Of a stretch of 64,000 bases of DNA, positions 46,361-54,449 are shown piece after piece (within the stretch, counting starts at the first letter, position 1; every line of letters begins with the position of its first letter). The notes under the pieces are model-generated. The model did no database searches. It saw only the letters and a list, made by a program, of their open reading frames with translations, and was not told the DNA's origin. This DNA comes from Acidobacteriota bacterium (lineage in GTDB: Bacteria; Acidobacteriota; Polarisedimenticolia; J045). The stretch is from the NCBI GenBank assembly GCA_017994815.1, contig JAGOJY010000004.1, forward strand, positions 76,466 to 140,465, in the 5' to 3' direction. The position numbers and the translations under genes were made by a program.

Positions 46361-48409
46361 TCAGCTCACCGTTGCCAGCGCGCGGAGGGTCACCTCCGGC
46401 GGGATTTCCATCGTCGACAGCACCGCGGTGTGCGGCAGTTGCAGGCGCATCAAGGCCGAGAGCGACGGCCGCAGCAGCGGGCCGGTGACGATCGGGCACT
46501 GCGCGCCGGCGCCGGAAATCGCGGTGACGATCCGCGTGACGACCTCGCGCGCGCGCGCCGGCGCGAGGCCGCTGCCGGGTCCGCTCGGATCGCCGACCAG
46601 TGCCGCCGTCAGCTCGTCCTCCAGCTCCGGCGCCAGCGCCACGCAGCGCAGCGCGCCACGCTCGTCGGCCAGCCCGCCGACGATCGCGCGGCCGAGCGCG
46701 CGGCGGACCGTCTCGACGATCGTCTGCGTGTCGCGGGTGGCCGCGGCGTCGGCCATCGCCTCGACGATCAGCGCCAGGTCGCGGATCGAGACCCGCTCGC
46801 GCAGGAGCGCCTGCAGCACGCGCTGCACCTCGCCGACCGTGAGCCGCTCCGGGATCAGCTCGGCCACCGCCTTGGGGTGCGTCTTCTGCAGGTGGTCGAT
46901 CAGGCGCGCCACGTCCTCGCGGCCGAGGAGGTCGGCCGCGTGGCGCTGGATCAGTTCCATCAGGTGCGTGGTCAGGACCGACGGCGCGTCCACGACGGTG
47001 TAGCCGGCCGAGCGCGCGTCGTCGGCGCGGTCCGGCGCGATCCACACCGCCGGCAGGCCGAATGCCGGGTCCTTCGTCTTCTCGCCCTCGATCGGCCGCA
47101 GCGCGCCGGCGTCGAGCGCCAACAGGCGCCCGCGCGGGATGCGCCCCGTGCCGATGCGCACGCCGCGCAGGACGATCGCGTACTGGTCCGGCGGGAGCTG
47201 CAGGTTGTCGCGCACGCGCACCGGCGGCAGGACGAACCCCTGCTCGGCGGCGATCTGGCGCCGCAGGCCCTTGATCTTGTCCAGGATGCCGCCGCCGCGG
47301 TCGGCCCCGACGGCGCCGATCAGGTCGTAGCCGACCTCGACGCACAGCGGGTCGACGCCGAGCAGCGGCTCGACCTCGTCCTCCGGCGGGCGCTGCGGCT
47401 CCGGCTCCGGCGGCGGGGCCTCGGCTGCCTCGCGCTCGCGCGCCGACGCCGCGCGGGAGCCGGCGAACACTGCCGCGGCGAGGATCATGAACGAGACCTT
47501 CGGCAGGCCGGGGATTAGCGCGAGGGCGAACAACGTCCCGGCGGCGATGCGCAGCGGGCGCGGCGAGAGCAGCAGCTGGCCGACGACTTCCTCGCCCAGG
47601 CTGCGCTCCTGCGCCGCGCGGGTCGTGATCACGCCGCCGGCGATCGCGATCAACAGCGCCGGGATCGCGGTCACCAGGCCGTCGCCGATCGTCAGCACGG
47701 TGTAGGTCTGGAACGCCTCGGAGGCTTCCATCCCCTTCTGCAGGATCCCGATCAGAAGGCCCGCGCCGATGTTGATCAATACGATGATGAACGCCGCGAT
47801 CGCGTCGCGTTGCGTGAAGCGCACCGCGCCGTCCATCGAGCCGAAGAACTCCGCTTCCTTCTGGATCGCCAGCCGCCGCCCGATCGCCTCGCGCTCGGTG
47901 ATCAGCCCGGCGTTGAGGTCGGCGTCGATCGCCATCTGCTTGCCGGGCATCGCGTCGAGGGTGAAGCGGGCGATCACCTCGGAGATGCGGGTCGAGCCGT
48001 GCGCGATCACGACGAACTGCACGACCAGCAGCACCAGGAACACGACGATGCCGACCACGAACGAGCCGCCGACCACGAACTGGCCGAAGGCCTCGATCAC
48101 CACGCCGGCGGCGCGCGTCCCCTCCTCGCCGTGCAGCAGGATCGAGCGGGTGCAGGCGATGTTCAGCGCCAGCCGGAACAGCGTCAGCAGCAGCAGCAGC
48201 GACGGGAAGGACGAGAACTTCGTCGGCCCCGGCACGTACATCGCCGTCATCAGCACGACGAGGCTGGCCGCCAGGTCGACGGTGATCAGCACGTCGAGCA
48301 GCGCCGTCGGCACCGGCACCACGATCAAGGAAATCGCGCAGACCACGCCGATCGGCAGGATCAGCGCGCTCTTGGACATGCCGGCGGGCATCGCGGTCGC
48401 GGCGCTCAC
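46361..48409 (-). CDS. flhA: Flagellar export apparatus protein FlhA
   Basis: 682 aa. TM domain plus cytoplasmic domain with FHIPEP-family motifs. Confidence 0.9.
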   Translation of the reverse strand: MSAATAMPAGMSKSALILPIGVVCAISLIVVPVPTALLDVLITVDLAASLVVLMTAMYVPGPTKFSSFPSLLLLLTLFRLALNIACTRSILLHGEEGTRAAGVVIEAFGQFVVGGSFVVGIVVFLVLLVVQFVVIAHGSTRISEVIARFTLDAMPGKQMAIDADLNAGLITEREAIGRRLAIQKEAEFFGSMDGAVRFTQRDAIAAFIIVLINIGAGLLIGILQKGMEASEAFQTYTVLTIGDGLVTAIPALLIAIAGGVITTRAAQERSLGEEVVGQLLLSPRPLRIAAGTLFALALIPGLPKVSFMILAAAVFAGSRAASAREREAAEAPPPEPEPQRPPEDEVEPLLGVDPLCVEVGYDLIGAVGADRGGGILDKIKGLRRQIAAEQGFVLPPVRVRDNLQLPPDQYAIVLRGVRIGTGRIPRGRLLALDAGALRPIEGEKTKDPAFGLPAVWIAPDRADDARSAGYTVVDAPSVLTTHLMELIQRHAADLLGREDVARLIDHLQKTHPKAVAELIPERLTVGEVQRVLQALLRERVSIRDLALIVEAMADAAATRDTQTIVETVRRALGRAIVGGLADERGALRCVALAPELEDELTAALVGDPSGPGSGLAPARAREVVTRIVTAISGAGAQCPIVTGPLLRPSLSALMRLQLPHTAVLSTMEIPPEVTLRALATVS

Positions 48410-49503
48410 GACGTGGCCCCCTCGAGCTCAGGGTGCTGGCGGTAGCGCCCGCGCCCGCGGCGGCCCATGACGTAGGCGAAGACCTCGGCCACCGCGCGGT
48501 ACAGCGCGGCCGGCACCGGCGCGCCGAGCGGGCAGAGCTTGTCCAGCATCCGCGCCAGCGGGGGGTCCTCGACGATCGGCACGCTGTGCGCCCGCGCCTC
48601 GTCCTTGATGCGCTGCGCGAGCCGGTCCCAGCCCTTGGCGATGACGACCGGCGCCGCCATCCGCGCCTTGTCGTACTTCAGCGCGACGGCGACGTGCGTC
48701 GGGTTGGTCACGACCACGTCCGCGGTGCGGACGGCGGCCATCATCCGCCGCCGCGCCATCTCGCGCTGGCGCTGGCGGATGCGGCCGCGGATCATCGGGT
48801 CGCCTTCGTTTTCCTTCGACTCGTCGCGGACTTCCTGCTTGGTCATGTACAGCTGGCGGTACCAGCGAAACCAGGCGACGCCGAAGTCGACCACCGCGAT
48901 GGCGATCCCGACCAGGAGCGCGCGGAACAGGACGCGCCCGCAAATTCCGGCCAATTCGCCGATGAACGCCGACGTCGGCACCATCGCCAGCGAGGCGACG
49001 TGGCTCCACTCCGGCAGGACGACCGCCGCGGCGACCAGGCCGTAGAGGAACGTGCGCAGCAGCGCCTTGGCGGCGTTGATCAGCTTGGCGACGTTGATGA
49101 AGTTCTTCAGCCCGGTCACCGGGTTCAGGCGCTTGAGCTCGAACGGCAGCGGGTTCTTGCGCGGCTGGAACCCGCCCTGCAGCAGCTGGCCGACGACCCC
49201 GCCGACCAGTAGCAGCAGCAGCAGCGGGGCCATCATCACGAGGGCCTCGGTGGCGGACGAGACGATCCCGTCCATGAGCGCGGCCTCGCCCGGCCCGCGC
49301 CCGGCGCGCTGCAGCGTGACGCGCATCATCGAGGCCGACGCCGAGAGGAACGCCGCCCCGCCCAGCGCGGCCCACAGCAGGAACATCGCCAGCGCCGCGG
49401 CGTGGCCGATGTCCTGGCTGCGGGCGACCTGCCCCTGCTCGCGGGCGCGGCGGATGCGCCGGCCGGACGGCTTCTCGGTCCTTCTGTCCTTGTCCTCGGC
49501 CAT
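48406..49503 (-). CDS. flhB: Flagellar export apparatus protein FlhB
   Basis: NPTH autocleavage motif (VVVTNPTHVAVAL). Start taken at MAEDKD. Confidence 0.9.
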   Translation of the reverse strand: MAEDKDRRTEKPSGRRIRRAREQGQVARSQDIGHAAALAMFLLWAALGGAAFLSASASMMRVTLQRAGRGPGEAALMDGIVSSATEALVMMAPLLLLLLVGGVVGQLLQGGFQPRKNPLPFELKRLNPVTGLKNFINVAKLINAAKALLRTFLYGLVAAAVVLPEWSHVASLAMVPTSAFIGELAGICGRVLFRALLVGIAIAVVDFGVAWFRWYRQLYMTKQEVRDESKENEGDPMIRGRIRQRQREMARRRMMAAVRTADVVVTNPTHVAVALKYDKARMAAPVVIAKGWDRLAQRIKDEARAHSVPIVEDPPLARMLDKLCPLGAPVPAALYRAVAEVFAYVMGRRGRGRYRQHPELEGATS

Positions 49504-49504
49504 G

Positions 49505-50284
49505 TCAGCGCTGTCCGGCCACGGCCCGCAGCAGGCCGAAGGCATCGCCCGTCGCGCCGTCCAGCGCCTCGGCGACGATCGGGGCCAGCATGTGCAGCGA
49601 GAAGGCCAGCCCGAGCAGGGCGACGAGGTAGCGCAGGGGCGCGCCGACCACGAGGATGTTCATCTGCGGCACGGCGCGCGCGATCAGCATCAGGAACAGG
49701 TCGACGAGCATCGCCGCGGCGAGCACCGGCGCGGCCAGGCGCACGCCGAGCACGAGCATGCGGCCGGTGACCGACACCGCCGCCGGGAGCCACGGGCCGG
49801 TCAGGTGCACGGTCCCGCAGGGGACGATCTCGTACGACTTGGCCAGCGCCCCGATCATCTGGCGGTGCCCGCCGATCGCGAGGTACGCCAGCGCGCCGAG
49901 CAAGCGGTAGAACACGCCCAGGGTCGGCGTCGTCTGCTGCGTGACCGGGTCGAGCATGCTGGCGATGGCGAGCCCGCTGGAGTGGCTCCCCAGCTCGCCG
50001 GCGAACAGCGCCAGGTCCACCACCATCCGCGCGGCGAAGCCGATCAAGAGCCCCGCGAACAGCTCGCCGGCCACCAGCGGCAGGATCGCGGCGTTCGCGC
50101 CGGGGGCCGGCGCGATCGGCGCCAGTAGCAGCGCCAGCAGCACCGCGAAGCCGATCCGGAGCTGGGCCGGCACCGACTCCGAGCCGGCGATCGGCGCGGT
50201 CGCCACGAACGCGCCCGTGCGCACGGCGAGCGCCATCCCCGACAGGACGCTGTTCCACGGCAGCTGGAAGACGACCAGGTCCAT
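49505..50284 (-). CDS. fliR: Flagellar export apparatus protein FliR
   Basis: Polytopic; position between flhB and fliQ. Confidence 0.8.
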   Translation of the reverse strand: MDLVVFQLPWNSVLSGMALAVRTGAFVATAPIAGSESVPAQLRIGFAVLLALLLAPIAPAPGANAAILPLVAGELFAGLLIGFAARMVVDLALFAGELGSHSSGLAIASMLDPVTQQTTPTLGVFYRLLGALAYLAIGGHRQMIGALAKSYEIVPCGTVHLTGPWLPAAVSVTGRMLVLGVRLAAPVLAAAMLVDLFLMLIARAVPQMNILVVGAPLRYLVALLGLAFSLHMLAPIVAEALDGATGDAFGLLRAVAGQR

Positions 50285-50553
50285 CAGGGCGCGAGGCCGG
50301 AGATCAGGCCGAAGATCCGCTGCGTGAACTCGATCATCAGCCGCAGCATCCAGTGCAGCGAGATCAGCAGCGCGAAGAACACCGCGAGGATCTTCGGGAT
50401 GAACGTGATCGTGACGTCCTGGATCGACGTCGCGACCTGCAGCACGCTGATCACGATCCCGACGAGCATCCCGGCCAGGAGCATCGGCGCCCCCACGAGC
50501 AGCGCGACGCCGATCGCATCGCGGCCGATCGTGACGACGGTCATCTCGTCCAC
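50284..50553 (-). CDS. fliQ: Flagellar export apparatus protein FliQ
   Basis: 89 aa, two TM helices, FliQ signature. Confidence 0.9.
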   Translation of the reverse strand: MDEMTVVTIGRDAIGVALLVGAPMLLAGMLVGIVISVLQVATSIQDVTITFIPKILAVFFALLISLHWMLRLMIEFTQRIFGLISGLAP

Positions 50554-50571
50554 GTCCCCTCCCCCAACCCC

Positions 50572-51309
50572 TCAGCGCACTCCGGCCACGAGCGAGCCCG
50601 CGAGCAGGCTCCAGCCGTCGACCAGCACGAACAGCAGCACCTTGAACGGCAACGACACCATCGCCGGCGGCAGCATCATCATTCCCATCGACAGCAGGAT
50701 CGAGGACACGACAAGGTCGACGACGAGGAACGGCAGGAACAACAGGAAGCCGATCTCGAACCCGGCGCGCAGCTCCGAGATCACGTACGACGGCACGACC
50801 ACGCGCAGCGGCAGGTCCGCCGGGCCGGACGGGCGCGGCATCTTCGACATGCGCACGAACAGCGCGAGGTCGGCCTCGCGCGTGTTGCGCAGCATGAACT
50901 CCTTCATCGGGCCGGCCGCGGCGGTGAGCCCGGCCGTGGCGTCGAGCTTGCCCTCGTTGTAGGGCAGCCACGCCTCGCTGTGCACCTTCTCCAGGACCGG
51001 CGACATCGTGAACAGCGTCAGGAACAGCGCGAGGCCGATGACGACCTGGTTCGGCGGCATCTGCGGCGTGCCCAGCGCCTGCCGCAGGAAGTGCAGCGCG
51101 ACGATGAACCGGACGAAGCAGGTCATCATCAGCAGCAGCGCCGGCGTGACGGCCAGCACCGTCATCAGGATCAGCAGGCGCAGGGCCGTCGAGCCGCCGC
51201 CGTCGAGGCGCAGCTGGATGCTGGCCGGGCCGCTGTCGTCGGCCGCCAGCGCCGGGAGCGCCGCGCACGCGGCGAGCAGCGCCAGCGCCACCAGGACGCG
51301 ACGGGTCAC
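50572..51309 (-). CDS. fliP: Flagellar export apparatus protein FliP
   Basis: Signal peptide plus FliP motifs. Confidence 0.9.
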   Translation of the reverse strand: MTRRVLVALALLAACAALPALAADDSGPASIQLRLDGGGSTALRLLILMTVLAVTPALLLMMTCFVRFIVALHFLRQALGTPQMPPNQVVIGLALFLTLFTMSPVLEKVHSEAWLPYNEGKLDATAGLTAAAGPMKEFMLRNTREADLALFVRMSKMPRPSGPADLPLRVVVPSYVISELRAGFEIGFLLFLPFLVVDLVVSSILLSMGMMMLPPAMVSLPFKVLLFVLVDGWSLLAGSLVAGVR

Positions 51310-51692
51310 GACGCGGACTCCGTGCGCGGGGCGGCGTTGGTCCGTGCGCGGCCGGTGCGCAGCGCGCGCGTCGCCTCGGCCAGCGTCGTCAGCCAGCCGG
51401 CGGCAGCCGGCGCGGCGGCGCGGGCCGGTTCTTCGAGGGGATCCAGCTCGGTCAACAGGCTGACGGCGCGGTCGGAGACGCCGAGCACCAGCCGGCGCCC
51501 GTCCACGGCGACGACGGCGAGCTGCGTGCCGCGCGCGACGACCAGCCGCTCCTCGACGCGCATCCGCGAACCGCGCGCGCCGATGCCGCGCCGCGCGAGC
51601 CGCGCGGCGAGCAGGGCCAGGACGAGCACGATCACCAGCGCGCTGCCGACGCGCAACAGGTCGAGGAACCCCGTGCCGGCCGCTTCAGCCAC
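51306..51692 (-). CDS. fliO: Flagellar protein FliO
   Basis: Single TM; RLVVARGTQLAVVAVDGRRLVLGVSDRAVSLL. Directly upstream of fliP. Confidence 0.7.
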   Translation of the reverse strand: MAEAAGTGFLDLLRVGSALVIVLVLALLAARLARRGIGARGSRMRVEERLVVARGTQLAVVAVDGRRLVLGVSDRAVSLLTELDPLEEPARAAAPAAAGWLTTLAEATRALRTGRARTNAAPRTESAS

Positions 51693-51990
51693 GGTCGGGC
51701 CCCACGCGCGTGAGCCGCAGCGCGAGCCGCCCCTTGACCTCGACGATCTCGCCGGCGCCGATCACCGCGCCGCCCGCGACCAGGTGCGTCGCCTCGCCGA
51801 CCGGCGTGTCGAGCGGGATCACGCTGCCCGGCTCGAGCCGCCGCAGCGCCGAGAGGCGCGCGTTGCCGGTCGCGATGCGGGCCGCGAGTTCCAGCGGCAA
51901 GCCGTGGAACTCGGTCCGCGCCCAGCCGGCCGAGGCTCCGCTCGCTGGCTCCGGCTTTCGCGGCGCCTGGGTCGTCTTGCTTTCGGCCAT
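51685..51990 (-). CDS. Second FliN/FliY-type SpoA-domain protein
   Basis: LPLELAARIATGNARLSALRRLEPGSVIPLDTP...AVIGAGEIVEV. Confidence 0.75.
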   Translation of the reverse strand: MAESKTTQAPRKPEPASGASAGWARTEFHGLPLELAARIATGNARLSALRRLEPGSVIPLDTPVGEATHLVAGGAVIGAGEIVEVKGRLALRLTRVGPDRG

Positions 51991-52016
51991 CGTCGCCTCC
52001 GCGAACGGGGGCCTTC

Positions 52017-52032
52017 AGCAAGCGTTGTGCCG
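52017..52032 (-). promoter_or_regulatory. Sigma-54 -24/-12 promoter (CGGCAC-N5-TTGCT on minus strand) upstream of the fliN2-fliOPQR-flhBAFG-fliA operon
   Basis: Read on the minus strand as CGGCACAACGCTTGCT, with consensus GG/GC spacing. Lies ~25 nt upstream of the fliN2 start, with GGAGG in the leader. Confidence 0.5.
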
Positions 52033-52170
52033 CCGGCTTTCGCCTCGGTTAAGTCGCTGACCCGCGATGCCTTGCCTCGCGCGGGAGACCAACGGCGCGG
52101 CGACGCGCGGCCGATGGCACGACGGCCGGTTGACAGGCGGTTCAAATCGGAACGGTGCGGTAACGCGGCG

Positions 52171-52197
52171 GGGCGGGGACGGAGCCCCGCCCCTTTA
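52171..52197. terminator. GC-rich hairpin GGGGCGGGG-acggag-CCCCGCCCC followed by TTT; candidate terminator downstream of flgE
   Basis: Perfect 9-bp stem in the flgE/fliN2 intergenic region. The T-run is on the plus side. Confidence 0.4.
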
Positions 52198-52238
52198 CCG
52201 CGTACTGCGCCGCGCTTTCAGCGGGCGGGGACGAACCC

Positions 52239-53555
52239 CTACCCGCGCTTGATCGACAGCGCTTCCTGCATCACCTGGTCGGTCGTCGTGATGATCCGGC
52301 TGTTCGACTGGTAGCCGCGCTCGGCGATGATCAGGTCCGTGAACTGGTCCGTGATGTCCACGTTCGACAACTCGAGCGCGCGGGCCATGATCGTGCCGCG
52401 CCCGCCGGTCCCGGCCGTGCCGAGGGTCGCCGCGCCGGAACCGAGCGACGCGGTGTAGGTGTTGCCCGCGGCCTTGGTCAGCCCGGCCGGGTTGTTGAAC
52501 GAGGCGATCGCGAGCTGCGCGAGCTCGATCGTCTGCCCGTTGGTGAACGTCCCGCTGATCAGCCCCGCGTCGTTGACGGTCAGCGTGCGGATGCGGCCGA
52601 CCCCGTAGCCGTTCTGCGACATGCTGCTGATCGCGGAGTCCATGGCGAAGCCGGTGACCAGCGGCGTGGCGTCGGTCTCGAACAGGCCCCAGACGACGTC
52701 CTGCGCCGCGGCGCCGTTGGCCCAGCCCGGGATCGACAGCGTGACGTTGGCGGCCGGATCGGTGAGCTGCCCGTTGCTGTCGAACTGCATCGTCCCGGAG
52801 TCGATCACCTCGTACTCGGGGTCGCCGGGGGCGACCGGGATGCCGAGGTCGCTCTTCGGCGCTCGGGCTTCCCAGGTCCAATCGTCGAGCTTGCCGTCGC
52901 CGTCGTTGTCGATCGGCGTGAACACCAGCGTCAGCTCGTGCTCCGCGCCGAGCGAATCGAACACGGGGACGGTGTTGGTGTACATCTCGGCTTCATTGGC
53001 CGCGGTGGCCGGGTTGTCGACCAGCGCCTCCGCGTTGAGGTTCATCGTCAGCTCGAACAGCGTGGTCGTGTTCGGCGGCGCCTGCAGGCCGGCCGGGATG
53101 CGGATGTCGCTGATGCTGCCGGACGGGATGATGTGACCGAGCGGGTCCAGCTCGGTGTAGCCCTGCACGCGGTGCCCGTTCGGATCGACCAGGTAGCCGT
53201 TGGCGTCGAACGAGAAGTTCCCGGCGCGCGAGTAGACCGGCAAGCCGTCGTGGGTGCGCAGCGCGAACAGGCCGGAGCCCTGCAGCGCCATGTCGGTCTC
53301 GACGTCGGTCGGCTGCAGCGCGCCCTGGTTGAAGATCTGGTGCACGGCGGCCAGCTGCGTGCCGAGGCCGATCTGGAACGGCACGCCCGCCCCGTTGACG
53401 CCGGCGGTGGTGGACGAGAACAGCTCGGCGAACGAGGCACGACTGCCCTTAAAGCCGAACGTGTTGACGTTCGCCAGGTTGTTGCCGATCACGTTCAGTT
53501 GCGCCGAATGCGCCTTGAGTCCGGTCAACCCCGTGTAGAACGCGCTGTAGGCCAT
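52239..53555 (-). CDS. flgE: Flagellar hook protein FlgE
   Basis: Conserved rod/hook N- and C-terminal motifs; 438 aa. Confidence 0.9.
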   Translation of the reverse strand: MAYSAFYTGLTGLKAHSAQLNVIGNNLANVNTFGFKGSRASFAELFSSTTAGVNGAGVPFQIGLGTQLAAVHQIFNQGALQPTDVETDMALQGSGLFALRTHDGLPVYSRAGNFSFDANGYLVDPNGHRVQGYTELDPLGHIIPSGSISDIRIPAGLQAPPNTTTLFELTMNLNAEALVDNPATAANEAEMYTNTVPVFDSLGAEHELTLVFTPIDNDGDGKLDDWTWEARAPKSDLGIPVAPGDPEYEVIDSGTMQFDSNGQLTDPAANVTLSIPGWANGAAAQDVVWGLFETDATPLVTGFAMDSAISSMSQNGYGVGRIRTLTVNDAGLISGTFTNGQTIELAQLAIASFNNPAGLTKAAGNTYTASLGSGAATLGTAGTGGRGTIMARALELSNVDITDQFTDLIIAERGYQSNSRIITTTDQVMQEALSIKRG

Positions 53556-53634
53556 GTTCGCTGACCTCCTCTGCGGGTCCGCGCGGCGGAACCCGCGTGC
53601 GTTTCGCGGCGGGTCTCCGTCCCCGCCGTTTCGT

Positions 53635-54321
53635 CTATTGCGCCTGGATCTCCCAGATATCCGCGAAATCGATCGTGCGGCCGCCCGAGACGAGCGTCAG
53701 CGTGCCGCCGCCGAAGTTGATGCCGTCGATCTCCAGCTCGACGTACGCCTGCGCGTTGACCTCGCGCCCCTCGCCGTCCACCGTCACCACGCGGAACGAG
53801 TAGTCGCCCGGTTCGAGCTGCTGGCCGTTCTCGGCGTCGATGCCGTCCCAGCGGAACTCGTTGCGCCCGGCCTTCACGTCATCGAGCGCCACGCTGGTCA
53901 CGAACTGCCCGCTGGCGTCGAAGATGTCCACTCGCGCCGCGCGCGGCGCCTCGCCGAGTTCGAACGCGATCGCCTCGGCGCCGTCCTCGCGCAGCCGGAA
54001 CTTGCCATCGGTGTTCGCGAGCACGTTGCGGCCGACCAGGCTCAGCGCCTGGCTGTTGACGAGCTGGTCCTGGCCGCTATTGAGCAGGTCCATGCGCTTG
54101 TTCAGGTCGACCAGCTGCTCGAGGCTGGAGAAGGTCGCGAGCTGCGCGACGAACTCGTGGTCCTGCATCGGCTCGAGCGGGTTCTGGTTTTCCATCTGCG
54201 CCACCAGCAGCTTGATGAACTCGTTGCGGCCGAGGCCCTGGGTCGCATCGGCCCACGGGCTGGCCTCGGTCACGGTGCGGTAGCTGCTGTTGTCGAGCCC
54301 GATGTCGGTGATGGTGCTCAT
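53635..54321 (-). CDS. flgD: Flagellar hook capping protein FlgD
   Basis: Internal Met MSTITDIGLD... NEFIKLLVAQMENQNPLEPM matches the FlgD motif. Confidence 0.85.
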   Translation of the reverse strand: MSTITDIGLDNSSYRTVTEASPWADATQGLGRNEFIKLLVAQMENQNPLEPMQDHEFVAQLATFSSLEQLVDLNKRMDLLNSGQDQLVNSQALSLVGRNVLANTDGKFRLREDGAEAIAFELGEAPRAARVDIFDASGQFVTSVALDDVKAGRNEFRWDGIDAENGQQLEPGDYSFRVVTVDGEGREVNAQAYVELEIDGINFGGGTLTLVSGGRTIDFADIWEIQAQ

Positions 54322-54341
54322 GGATCCTCCACGGCCCGGAT

Positions 54342-54358
54342 TTGCAACCGCGATGCCA
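54342..54358 (-). promoter_or_regulatory. Sigma-54 -24/-12 promoter (TGGCAT-cgcgg-TTGCA on minus strand) upstream of flgDE
   Basis: Reverse complement of ttgcaaccgcgatgcca gives TGGCATCGCGGTTGCA. Ends ~20 nt upstream of the flgD ATG, with GGAGGA in the leader. Confidence 0.55.
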
Positions 54359-54449
54359 TCGCGGGAAGCCGTGCCGGCCGCAGCGGAAGCCGCGGTCGGG
54401 GCGCGATGCGGCAACTTTTGCCGGGATGCCGGAAAGCCTGACCTGCCCG

